A DNA stretch of 64,000 nucleotides. It comes from Caldicoprobacterales bacterium. Lineage in GTDB: Bacteria; Bacillota; Clostridia; Caldicoprobacterales; UBA3941. Shown here piece after piece: positions 55,842-64,000 of this stretch. Made by a program: the position numbers and the translations under genes. Under the pieces are notes generated by a model. It searched no databases, was not told the origin of the DNA, and worked only from the letters and a program-made list of their open reading frames with translations. The stretch lies in contig JBMNFJ010000016.1 in assembly GCA_050949255.1 (NCBI GenBank), positions 524,665 through 588,664 of the forward strand, in the 5' to 3' direction. Position 1 is the stretch's first letter. The number at the start of each line of letters is the position of its first letter.

Positions 55842-56393
55842 ATGCAGGATTTATCGCTGCACATTTTGGATCTTATACAAAATTCTATAGCGGCTGGCGC
55901 TAGCCTAATTAAACTGACAATATACGAGGATAAGGAAAAGAATTGGCTTACCATAGATATAGAGGATAATGGTAAAGGAATGGATAAAATAGCTATGAGG
56001 AGAGCAGCCGATCCATTTTACACTACCCGATCTACCCGTAAAGTAGGGTTGGGGTTGCCACTCTTTGTAGCAATGGCGCAAAGGTGTGGGGGAGATGTAG
56101 TCCTCAAATCCACTAAGGGTAAAGGAACCAGCATAAAATCCGGATTCCAACTAAACCACATAGACCGACCGCCTTTTGGAAAGTTGGAGGATACCATTAC
56201 AACCTTGATTCTATGTAATCCAGATATAGATTTTGTATATATCCATAAGGTTAATGACGATGAATTTAAGCTAGACACTAGGGATATCCGGCAAATCATA
56301 GGAGATATTCCCATCGAACATCCTGAAATAATTAATTGGATTCAATCTTATATGAAGGATGGACTCAATGAAATAAATGGAGGTGTCCAATAG
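55842..56393 (+). CDS. Stand-alone GHKL (histidine-kinase-like) ATPase embedded in the hydrogenase operon
   Basis: 183 aa. N-box LDLIQNSIAAGA, G1 DNGKGM and G2 GLGLPLF. No sensor, DHp or receiver domain. It begins 2 nt after hydC and ends overlapping the next GTG. Confidence 0.75.
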   Translation: MQDLSLHILDLIQNSIAAGASLIKLTIYEDKEKNWLTIDIEDNGKGMDKIAMRRAADPFYTTRSTRKVGLGLPLFVAMAQRCGGDVVLKSTKGKGTSIKSGFQLNHIDRPPFGKLEDTITTLILCNPDIDFVYIHKVNDDEFKLDTRDIRQIIGDIPIEHPEIINWIQSYMKDGLNEINGGVQ

Positions 56394-56767
56394 TGAAGAC
56401 CTTAAAAGAGTTGGAAGAGATAAGACAAAGAACGCTAGAATCTGTAAACTTAAGAAAGGACAGAACAGGCGCCAGAGTGGTAGTTGGTATGGCAACCTGC
56501 GGTATAGCGGCTGGCGCTAGACCCATACTAATGGCTTTTCTTGAAGAGATTAAAAATAGAAGCCTCAAGGATATAACCGTTACTCAGACCGGGTGCATTG
56601 GTGTTTGTCGTTTAGAGCCAATGGTTGAAGTCTATTTGCCTGGTAAGGATAAAGTAACATATGTCAAGATGACACCTGAAAAGGTTAAGAGGGTAGTAGC
56701 TGAGCATTTAGTGAATAATCAAGTAGTTCAAGAATTTACAATAGGGGCAGCAGAAAAGAATGATTAA
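56393..56767 (+). CDS. Thioredoxin-like [2Fe-2S] ferredoxin
   Basis: 124 aa. MATCGIAAGA ... TGCIGVCRLEPMV cysteine pattern. GTG start overlaps the upstream TAG (TAGTG). Confidence 0.8.
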   Translation: MKTLKELEEIRQRTLESVNLRKDRTGARVVVGMATCGIAAGARPILMAFLEEIKNRSLKDITVTQTGCIGVCRLEPMVEVYLPGKDKVTYVKMTPEKVKRVVAEHLVNNQVVQEFTIGAAEKND

Positions 56768-56788
56768 TCGGTAAGGAGGCTTAATAAT

Positions 56789-58585
56789 ATGGAACTTTAT
56801 CGTTCTCATGTTTTGGTCTGTGGGGGAACAGGGTGTCATTCATCAGGCTCAGCAGACCTAATAGAACATTTTAATAGGGATTTAAAGAAATACGGAATAG
56901 AGAAAGAAGTAAAAGTTGTTCAGACCGGTTGTTTTGGGTTGTGTGAGGTAGGACCGGTTGTTATAGTCTATCCTGAGGGTGCATTCTATAGCAGGGTCAA
57001 GGATGAAGATGTAACCGAGATTGTCTCGGAACACCTTGTTAAAGGGCGGATAGTTAAGCATCTACTATACCATGACAGTGTGGACGGAGATCATGAAATC
57101 AAATCTCTGGATGAAGTACCCTTCTATCAAAAACAGATGAGAGTAGCCCTGCGAAACTGTGGCGTTATAAACCCAGAAAATATCGACGAATATATTGCCT
57201 TTGATGGATATATGGCCCTGGGAAAGGTCTTAACGGAAATGACCCCGGAAGACGTTATAGATATCTTAAAAGAATCGGGACTTAGGGGTCGAGGCGGTGC
57301 AGGATTCCCTGCGGGATTAAAGTGGGAATTTACCTACAAAGCACAGGGGGATAAAAAGTTTGTGGCCTGTAACGCTGACGAAGGTGATCCCGGAGCATTT
57401 ATGGACCGCAGTATTTTAGAGGGTGATCCTCATTCGGTAATAGAGGCTATGACCATTGCCGGATATACTGTAGGTGCCGATCAAGGATATATCTATGTCA
57501 GAGCTGAGTATCCAATTGCCGTGGAGAGACTTACCAAAGCTATAGCACAAGCGCGAGAGTACGGCCTCTTGGGTAAAAATATCCTGGGCACTGATTTCAG
57601 CTTTGATCTGGAATTAAGACTTGGTGCAGGGGCATTTGTTTGTGGTGAAGAGACTGCTCTTATGGCTTCCATCGAGGGTGATCGTGGAGAACCAAGACCA
57701 AGACCGCCTTTTCCTGCGGTAAAGGGGTTGTTTGGTAAGCCCACCCTGTTAAATAATGTTGAAACATATGCAAACATACCTCAAATTATTCTAAAAGGTC
57801 CCAAATGGTTCCAGGGCATTGGTACCGAGAGGAGTAAGGGTACAAAGGTTTTTGCATTGGGTGGAAAAATAAATAATACAGGATTAGTTGAGGTACCAAT
57901 GGGGACAACACTCAGGGAGATCATATATGAGATCGGGGGAGGAATTCCCGAAGGAAAGACCTTTAAAGCTGCACAAACCGGCGGTCCCTCAGGGGGATGC
58001 ATTCCTGCGGAGCACTTGGATACCCCCATCGATTATGATTCTCTTACTGCTATAGGCTCTATGATGGGCTCGGGCGGTTTGATTGTAATGGACGAAGATA
58101 ATTGTATGGTGGATATCGCCCGTTTCTTCCTGGAGTTTACTGTTGAGGAATCCTGCGGAAAATGTCCTCCTTGTCGTATAGGGACAAAGAGGATGCTGGA
58201 CCTTTTAAATAAAATCGCGGAAGGCAAAGGTGAAGAAGGGGATCTGGAAAAGCTTGAGGAATTAGGCGAAGGTATAAAAATAGCTTCACTATGCGGTCTC
58301 GGACAATCCGCGCCCAACCCCGTACTGAGCACAATTAAGTACTTCAGGGAAGAATACGAGGAACATATAAGGGATAAGAAATGCAGGGCAGGAGTATGTC
58401 AGGCACTGCTTCAATATATCATTATTGAGGACAAATGCAGAAGCTGCGGTCTGTGCGCAAGGGTCTGTCCCGTCAACGCCATTTCCGGACAGAAGAAGCA
58501 ACCCTATGTTATAGACCAGGATTCCTGCATTAAATGTGGGGCTTGCATGGAAAGATGTCCTTTTGATGCCATTGTTAAAAGGTAA
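56789..58585 (+). CDS. hydB: [FeFe]-hydrogenase beta subunit, NuoF-like NADH/FMN-binding protein
   Basis: N-terminal thioredoxin-like 2Fe-2S (CGGTGCHSSG...GCFGLCEVGP), GRGGAGFPAGLKW FMN/NADH site, ESCGKCPPCR cluster, and two C-terminal ferredoxin motifs (CRSCGLCARVCP, CIKCGACMERCP). Confidence 0.92.
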   Translation: MELYRSHVLVCGGTGCHSSGSADLIEHFNRDLKKYGIEKEVKVVQTGCFGLCEVGPVVIVYPEGAFYSRVKDEDVTEIVSEHLVKGRIVKHLLYHDSVDGDHEIKSLDEVPFYQKQMRVALRNCGVINPENIDEYIAFDGYMALGKVLTEMTPEDVIDILKESGLRGRGGAGFPAGLKWEFTYKAQGDKKFVACNADEGDPGAFMDRSILEGDPHSVIEAMTIAGYTVGADQGYIYVRAEYPIAVERLTKAIAQAREYGLLGKNILGTDFSFDLELRLGAGAFVCGEETALMASIEGDRGEPRPRPPFPAVKGLFGKPTLLNNVETYANIPQIILKGPKWFQGIGTERSKGTKVFALGGKINNTGLVEVPMGTTLREIIYEIGGGIPEGKTFKAAQTGGPSGGCIPAEHLDTPIDYDSLTAIGSMMGSGGLIVMDEDNCMVDIARFFLEFTVEESCGKCPPCRIGTKRMLDLLNKIAEGKGEEGDLEKLEELGEGIKIASLCGLGQSAPNPVLSTIKYFREEYEEHIRDKKCRAGVCQALLQYIIIEDKCRSCGLCARVCPVNAISGQKKQPYVIDQDSCIKCGACMERCPFDAIVKR

Positions 58586-58610
58586 CCTGGAACTATAAAG
58601 GAGTGAAGAT

Positions 58611-60350
58611 ATGGATATGATTAAGGTAAAAATAGATGGCATAGAAGTGGAAGTACCTGCAGGTACTACAGCCTTGGAAGCTGCTAGGAAAGCGAATATT
58701 GATATACCCACTTTATGTTATCTTAAGGATATAAATGAAATCGGTGCATGTCGCATGTGTTTGGTAGAAGTAGAAGGGGCTAGAAACCTTCAGGCCTCTT
58801 GTGTATTCCCTGTTGCAGACGGGATGAGCATCAAGACCAATACTCCCAAGGTCAGGGCTGCCAGGAAGCTCAGCCTTGAACTTATACTGTCAAATCATGA
58901 CAGGAAATGCCTGACCTGTGTAAGAAGTCAGGATTGCGAATTACAGGATTTATCGAAAAGGCTGGGGGTTGATGATATCCGCTTCGATGGAGAAAGGCAT
59001 GACAAGCCGGTGGATTCATTCTCGCCCTCTATCGTCAGAGATCCAAATAAATGCATTTTATGCAGACGTTGTGTATCCGTATGCAGGAACGTACAGGGGA
59101 TTGGTGTAATTGGTGCCACTGAGAGGGGCTTTGCTACAATGGTTGAGCCGGTTTTCAACATGAGTATAAATGACGTTCCCTGTATAAACTGTGGACAGTG
59201 TATTATAGCATGCCCGGTAGGTGCCCTAAGGGAAAAAGATGATATCGAAAAGGTATGGGATGCTCTGAACAATTCAAACCTGCATGTGGTTGTACAAACA
59301 GCACCTGCTGTTCGTGTAGCTCTGGGAGAAGAGTTTGGCATGGAAATGGGTACCAGGGTAACGGGTAAGATGGCTGCTGCCCTTAGACGTTTGGGATTTG
59401 ACCGGGTTTTTGATACCGATTTTGCTGCGGATCTAACCATAATGGAGGAAGGTCACGAGCTGTTGGGTAGGCTCCAAGGAGGAGGCAAGCTACCTATGAT
59501 TACCTCTTGCAGCCCCGGTTGGATAAAGTACTGTGAGCATTATTATCCTGAATTTTTGGATAATTTGTCAACATGCAAATCTCCTCATGAGATGATGGGG
59601 GCTATAATTAAGTCCTATTATGCAGAGAAGAACGGTTGGGATCCTGCCAATGTTTTTGTAGTATCCATAATGCCTTGTACCGCAAAGAAATTTGAGGCAC
59701 AACGTCCAGAACTAAGTGCTGTAGGTCATCCCGATGTTGATGTGGTGCTTACCACCAGAGAGCTGGCAAGGATGATCAAGGAAGCGGGTATGGATCTGGC
59801 AACGCTGCCGGATGAGGAGTTTGATCCTGCCCTAGGAGATTCTACAGGAGCAGGTGTCATCTTTGGTGCAACCGGTGGTGTTATGGAGGCCGCCCTTCGT
59901 ACCGTGCATGAGATTGTCACAGGGGAACCCATGGAAAACTTAGAAGTTCATGCAGTACGTGGAATCGAAGGAGTAAAGGAAGCTGAGATTCAGTTAGGGG
60001 ACCTGACCTTAAGAGCGGCTATAGCCCATGGTACTGCTAATGCCAAAGCCTTATTGGAGCAGGTTAAATCAGGTGAAAAGGAATACCATTTCATTGAAAT
60101 AATGGGTTGCCCGGGCGGATGTGTAACAGGTGGTGGTCAGCCCATAGTGAAGGCAAAAACCTACATGGAAATGGATCCAAAGGTAGTGAGGGCTAAAGCG
60201 ATTTATGATGAGGACAGGGATCTGCCCATCAGAAAATCCCATGAGAATCCATCGGTTATAAAATTATACGATGAGTATTTGGGTGAGCCCAATAGTGAGA
60301 AGGCACACGACCTACTTCATACTCATTATACCAGAAGAAGTGTATACTAA
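58611..60350 (+). CDS. hydA: [FeFe]-hydrogenase catalytic (alpha) subunit, group A multimeric/bifurcating type
   Basis: N-terminal 2Fe-2S (CYLKDINEIGACRMC), accessory clusters, and H-domain motifs MITSCSPGW (variant of TSCCP), MPCTAKKFE and EIMGCPGGCVTGGGQP. Confidence 0.92.
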   Translation: MDMIKVKIDGIEVEVPAGTTALEAARKANIDIPTLCYLKDINEIGACRMCLVEVEGARNLQASCVFPVADGMSIKTNTPKVRAARKLSLELILSNHDRKCLTCVRSQDCELQDLSKRLGVDDIRFDGERHDKPVDSFSPSIVRDPNKCILCRRCVSVCRNVQGIGVIGATERGFATMVEPVFNMSINDVPCINCGQCIIACPVGALREKDDIEKVWDALNNSNLHVVVQTAPAVRVALGEEFGMEMGTRVTGKMAAALRRLGFDRVFDTDFAADLTIMEEGHELLGRLQGGGKLPMITSCSPGWIKYCEHYYPEFLDNLSTCKSPHEMMGAIIKSYYAEKNGWDPANVFVVSIMPCTAKKFEAQRPELSAVGHPDVDVVLTTRELARMIKEAGMDLATLPDEEFDPALGDSTGAGVIFGATGGVMEAALRTVHEIVTGEPMENLEVHAVRGIEGVKEAEIQLGDLTLRAAIAHGTANAKALLEQVKSGEKEYHFIEIMGCPGGCVTGGGQPIVKAKTYMEMDPKVVRAKAIYDEDRDLPIRKSHENPSVIKLYDEYLGEPNSEKAHDLLHTHYTRRSVY

Positions 60351-60431
60351 TTAATCTATCATGGAAGATAAGGCTATAATGAGTATTTATTTGGTACTAT
60401 TAGCCGAATTATATAAAGGATATAAGCACAG

Positions 60432-60466
60432 AAAAAAAGAATCCTATTTAAAGGATTCTTTTTTTC
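60432..60466 (+). terminator. Intrinsic terminator of the hydrogenase operon
   Basis: AAAAAAAGAATCCT-ATTTAA-AGGATTCTTTTTTT, with A- and T-tracts flanking an 8-bp stem. Confidence 0.88.
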
Positions 60467-60514
60467 TTCCTTTAGGTGGGAGATCAGGAAAAGCCCGAGC
60501 CTTTGCATATTTGG

Positions 60515-60543
60515 TTGACTTTAACAGGTGATGAACTTATAAT
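60515..60543 (+). promoter_or_regulatory. Consensus SigA promoter of the topoisomerase genes
   Basis: TTGACT, exactly 17 nt, TATAAT, 52 nt upstream of ATG 60595. Confidence 0.7.
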
Positions 60544-60594
60544 GAAAATGGAGACAAAAAGGAACATACGTTCATAATGCTTGGAGGTTTACTG

Positions 60595-62559
60595 ATGGAG
60601 AAAGCTTACGGTGCTAATGATATAGAGGTATTGAAGGGTTTGGATGCGGTTAGGATGCGTCCCGGAATGTATATAGGTACTACCGGACCTAGAGGACTTC
60701 ATCACCTTTTATGGGAGATAGTCGATAACGGTATAGACGAAGCTGCTAACGGCTATGCGACTAGGATAGAAGTAACCTTATTTGAAGACGGCAGTGTAAT
60801 GGTAGAGGACAATGGGCGGGGGATACCCGTGGATATTAACGAAACCCTTAAACTCCCAGGTGTTGAGGTTGTCTTTACTCAACTCCATGCGGGAGGGAAG
60901 TTTAACAATGAAAACTATAGCTACTCGGGAGGGCTTCATGGGGTAGGAGCTGCCGTGGTAAATGCGCTGTCCAGATGGCTGGAGGTGGAGATAAGAAGGG
61001 ATGGTAAGATCTACAGACAACGCTTTGAGAGTCTATACGACAAAGAAGCGGATAAGGTAGTAGCCGGGGTCGTAACTATGGCACTAGCAGAAGTAGGGAC
61101 CACTGACAGAACCGGAACCCGGGTACGGTTTATGCCGGATGACAGAATTTTTGATGATATCAGGTTTAATGCTGAAACCATAGCTAAACGTCTCCGCGAA
61201 TTGGCCTTCCTAAATAGAGGGCTGGAAATAGTATTAGTTGATCAAAGACAAAATGATGATAACAATATAATTCCCAGGAGAGTTTTTTTATATAGCGGTG
61301 GATTAACTGATTTTGTCGAATATATAAACGAGAATAAAACTGTCCTGCACCCAGAAATAATATTCTTGGAAGGAGAAAAAGATGGTATATATGCACAAAT
61401 TGCCATTCAATATACCGACTCCTATACAGAGAGCATCTTTTCCTATGTAAATAACATACCTACCAGCGAGGGTGGGACCCATGAAACTGGGTTTAAAACA
61501 GCTATAACAAAGGTTTTTAACGATTATGCCCGTAAATTCAATTACTTGAAGGAAAGGGATAACAACCTAAATGGTGAGGATTTTCGCGAGGGGATGACCG
61601 CATTAATTTCTGTAAAAATGCGAAATATCCAATTTGAAGGACAGACCAAAACAAAGCTTGGAAATTCCGAAGCTCGAACTGCATTGGAGGCCATTACCAC
61701 GGAGCAGTTGATACATTTTATTGAAAATACCACACATGAACATATTATTAGGCTAATCATAGAAAAGGCTATCAAGGCTGCGAAGGTAAGGGAGGCAGCC
61801 CGAAAGGCGCGTGAGATCACACGGAAGAAAAATAGCTTGGAAGGGGCACCACTTGTGGGTAAGTTAGCCAGCTGTACGGGCAGGGATGTCACCATAAACG
61901 AACTGTTCATAGTAGAAGGAGATTCCGCAGGGGGGTCTGCAAAACAAGGCAGGGATAGGCGATTTCAGGCTATTTTGCCATTACGGGGCAAGCCCTTGAA
62001 TGTGGAGAAAAAGCGTTTGGATCAAGTGTTGGCCAATGAAGAGTTCCGTACAATTATTTCCGCCCTGGGTACGGGGATAGATGAGGATTTTAACATTAAT
62101 AATCTTAAGTACCACAAGATCATTATTCTATCAGATGCAGATCAGGATGGTGCCCATATTCGTGCTATACTTCTTACTTTCTTCTTTAGATATATGAAGG
62201 AGTTGATTACCGAAGGACATGTGTATATCGGACTTTCCCCTCTTTACAAGATAACTAAGGGAAAAACCGTGGAATATGCCTATAACGATACGGAACTAAA
62301 GGAAAAGATTAAAAAGATAGGCAAGGGATATACAGTTCAAAGATACAAGGGTCTGGGAGAGATGAACCCGGATCAGCTGTGGGAAACTACCATGAATCCC
62401 CGGAATAGATCAATTATTCAGGTAAGTATTGATGATGCAGCCCAGGCGGACAAACTGGTTACGATTCTTATGGGGGATAAGGTAGATCCAAGGCGGCAGT
62501 ATATAAGTACTTATGCTAACTTCAACAAAACAGATATTTTTCAGGAGATGGGGGTATAA
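60595..62559 (+). CDS. parE: Type IIA topoisomerase subunit B (ParE-like; GyrB paralogue)
   Basis: MEKAYGANDIEVLKGLDAVRMRPGMYIG, EIVDNGIDEA, EGDSAGGSAKQGRDR and PLRGK motifs. ATG 60595 follows GGAGG. The ParE assignment rests on the partner subunit and on the absence of dnaA/dnaN/recF context. Confidence 0.6.
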   Translation: MEKAYGANDIEVLKGLDAVRMRPGMYIGTTGPRGLHHLLWEIVDNGIDEAANGYATRIEVTLFEDGSVMVEDNGRGIPVDINETLKLPGVEVVFTQLHAGGKFNNENYSYSGGLHGVGAAVVNALSRWLEVEIRRDGKIYRQRFESLYDKEADKVVAGVVTMALAEVGTTDRTGTRVRFMPDDRIFDDIRFNAETIAKRLRELAFLNRGLEIVLVDQRQNDDNNIIPRRVFLYSGGLTDFVEYINENKTVLHPEIIFLEGEKDGIYAQIAIQYTDSYTESIFSYVNNIPTSEGGTHETGFKTAITKVFNDYARKFNYLKERDNNLNGEDFREGMTALISVKMRNIQFEGQTKTKLGNSEARTALEAITTEQLIHFIENTTHEHIIRLIIEKAIKAAKVREAARKAREITRKKNSLEGAPLVGKLASCTGRDVTINELFIVEGDSAGGSAKQGRDRRFQAILPLRGKPLNVEKKRLDQVLANEEFRTIISALGTGIDEDFNINNLKYHKIIILSDADQDGAHIRAILLTFFFRYMKELITEGHVYIGLSPLYKITKGKTVEYAYNDTELKEKIKKIGKGYTVQRYKGLGEMNPDQLWETTMNPRNRSIIQVSIDDAAQADKLVTILMGDKVDPRRQYISTYANFNKTDIFQEMGV

Positions 62560-62562
62560 ACC

Positions 62563-64000
62563 GTGGCTAAGAATAAAAAAACAATGAATGAATTCGTACA
62601 AAACAAGGATCTCGTAATACAAAAGCCTTTGGAAGAGGTTATGCATGAATCTATGATGCCTTACGCGGAATACATTATCTTGGAAAGAGCGCTTCCAAGG
62701 GTAGAGGACGGGCTAAAACCTGTACAGAGAAGGATCCTGTATACCATGCACGAATTAGGTGTAACCCCGGAAAAACCCCATAGAAAATCTGCCAGAATTG
62801 TAGGAGATGCCCTTGGAAAGTATCATCCCCACGGTGACACCTCGGTGTATGATGCTATGGTAAGAATGGCTCAAGATTTTGTTATGAGGGCTCCCCTAAT
62901 CGATGGGCATGGCAACTTTGGTTCCATGGACGGGGATTCGGCAGCAGCCATGCGTTATACCGAAGTGCGGATGACCCCTTTGGCCACGGAACTATTAAAG
63001 GATATAGGCAAGGATACAATCAATTTTAGTTTGAATTTTGACGATACCTTAAAAGAACCCGATGTATTGCCTGGGCGATTTCCTAATCTACTGGTCAACG
63101 GGGCATCCGGTATTGCCATCGGCCTCGCTACAAACATTCCTCCCCATAACCTGGCTGAGGTTATTGACGGTGTTATCCTTCAAATGGAAAAACCTGATGT
63201 TACTTTGGATGAACTAATGCGTGTTATCAAGGGACCGGATTTTCCTACAGGCGGGATTATAATAGGACAGGAAGAGATTATAAATGCCTATGAGACCGGC
63301 AGGGGAAAGATAATAGTAAGGGCAAAGGTGGATATCGAGAACGCACCCGGTGGGAAGAAGTTATTGGTAATTAAGGAGCTTCCATATCAGGTAAATAAGG
63401 CTACCTTACTGGAGAAGATTCTTAGGCTCAGCGAAGAAAGAAAAGGGGTCCTAACCGGAATAGCGGATATCAGGGATGAATCGGATCGTAACGGTGTACG
63501 CGCTGTTATTGAAGTAAAAAAAGATGGGGATGCAGAAAAAATACTGAACTACCTATACAAATATTCAGATCTGCAGGTCACCTTTGGCGTCAATATGGTT
63601 GCAATAGCCAATGGTAGGCCTCAACAACTAGGACTAAAGGAGATTCTGGATCATTATATCCAACACCAAAAAGATGTGGTTACCAGAAGAACCAAGTATG
63701 ATTTAGATAGGGCCAAGGCCAGGGAACATATTCTGGAAGGATTAATAATAGCCATTCATAATATTGACAGGGTAATTGCTATTATAAGGGGCTCGAAAAC
63801 TCCTATCGCTGCAAGAAAAAACCTAATGGCAGAGTTTGAGTTAACGGAGATCCAGGCCCAGGCTATTCTTGATATGCGCCTTCAAAGGCTTACCAACTTG
63901 GAGATGATTTCTCTCGAAAGGGAGTATAAGGAAATTAAAAGGACTATTAAAAGGCTTGAATCTATATTGGCATCAGAGAAGTTACTTATTGGCTTAATAA
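62563..64000 (+). CDS. parC: Type IIA topoisomerase subunit A (ParC-like), N-terminal part; the 3' end lies outside the window
   Basis: Open frame from GTG 62563 to the window end. [24 protein letters not shown] (Gln as in ParC, where GyrA has PVHRR), YHPHGD, and the active-site AAAMRYTE. Confidence 0.6.
   Translation, partial: MAKNKKTMNEFVQNKDLVIQKPLEEVMHESMMPYAEYIILERALPRVEDGLKPVQRRILYTMHELGVTPEKPHRKSARIVGDALGKYHPHGDTSVYDAMVRMAQDFVMRAPLIDGHGNFGSMDGDSAAAMRYTEVRMTPLATELLKDIGKDTINFSLNFDDTLKEPDVLPGRFPNLLVNGASGIAIGLATNIPPHNLAEVIDGVILQMEKPDVTLDELMRVIKGPDFPTGGIIIGQEEIINAYETGRGKIIVRAKVDIENAPGGKKLLVIKELPYQVNKATLLEKILRLSEERKGVLTGIADIRDESDRNGVRAVIEVKKDGDAEKILNYLYKYSDLQVTFGVNMVAIANGRPQQLGLKEILDHYIQHQKDVVTRRTKYDLDRAKAREHILEGLIIAIHNIDRVIAIIRGSKTPIAARKNLMAEFELTEIQAQAILDMRLQRLTNLEMISLEREYKEIKRTIKRLESILASEKLLIGLI

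Noticed and set aside
58928-59440. 170-aa antisense ORF inside hydA, together with similar long antisense or alternative-frame ORFs at 205-657, 25611-26096, 28183-28620, 28900-29211 and 61542-61910
   Set aside because: Each lies wholly inside a gene with unmistakable family motifs on the other strand or frame. Their translations are low-complexity (Ser/Pro/Arg-rich) and lack an RBS.
60595-64000. The topoisomerase pair considered as gyrB-gyrA marking the replication origin region
   Set aside because: There is no dnaA/dnaN/recF context or DnaA-box cluster upstream. The A subunit has PVQRR (ParC-like) rather than PVHRR (GyrA-like). The pair is therefore treated as parE/parC-like, with moderate confidence only.

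Overview
This 64-kb window looks like core chromosome from a moderate-GC, spore-forming anaerobic Firmicute of the Clostridia type. It is gene-dense on both strands. I saw no rRNA, CRISPR array, IS element or prophage. All calls come from reading motifs by eye; no database search was possible.

Left third: tig-clpP-clpX-lonB-lon-engB, with lon broken by a 1-nt frameshift. It also holds two singleton tRNA-Leu genes, each with a consensus promoter and a terminator, an orphan zf-HC2 anti-sigma factor, and polA-coaE.

Middle: a TSUP transporter encoded as two halves, then rnfCDGEAB. RnfG carries an unusual repeat insert, and an orphan beta-class DNA methyltransferase is translationally coupled to rnfB. 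Further on are an M16 peptidase pair, lgt, pncB, paired half-size chromate transporters, an anSME-like radical SAM enzyme, and groES-groEL with a perfect CIRCE operator.

Right third: a tightly coupled five-gene cassette (DRTGG / SpoIIAB-like ATPase / HydS-like [FeFe]-hydrogenase homologue / DRTGG / PHP phosphoesterase). It sits directly upstream of a hydC-(GHKL ATPase)-(2Fe-2S ferredoxin)-hydB-hydA operon of the electron-bifurcating hydrogenase type. parE/parC-like genes follow and run off the window.

The best candidate for an undescribed system is the sensory-hydrogenase cassette. I read it as a possible H2/redox-responsive, partner-switching-like circuit with no recognisable DNA-binding output.
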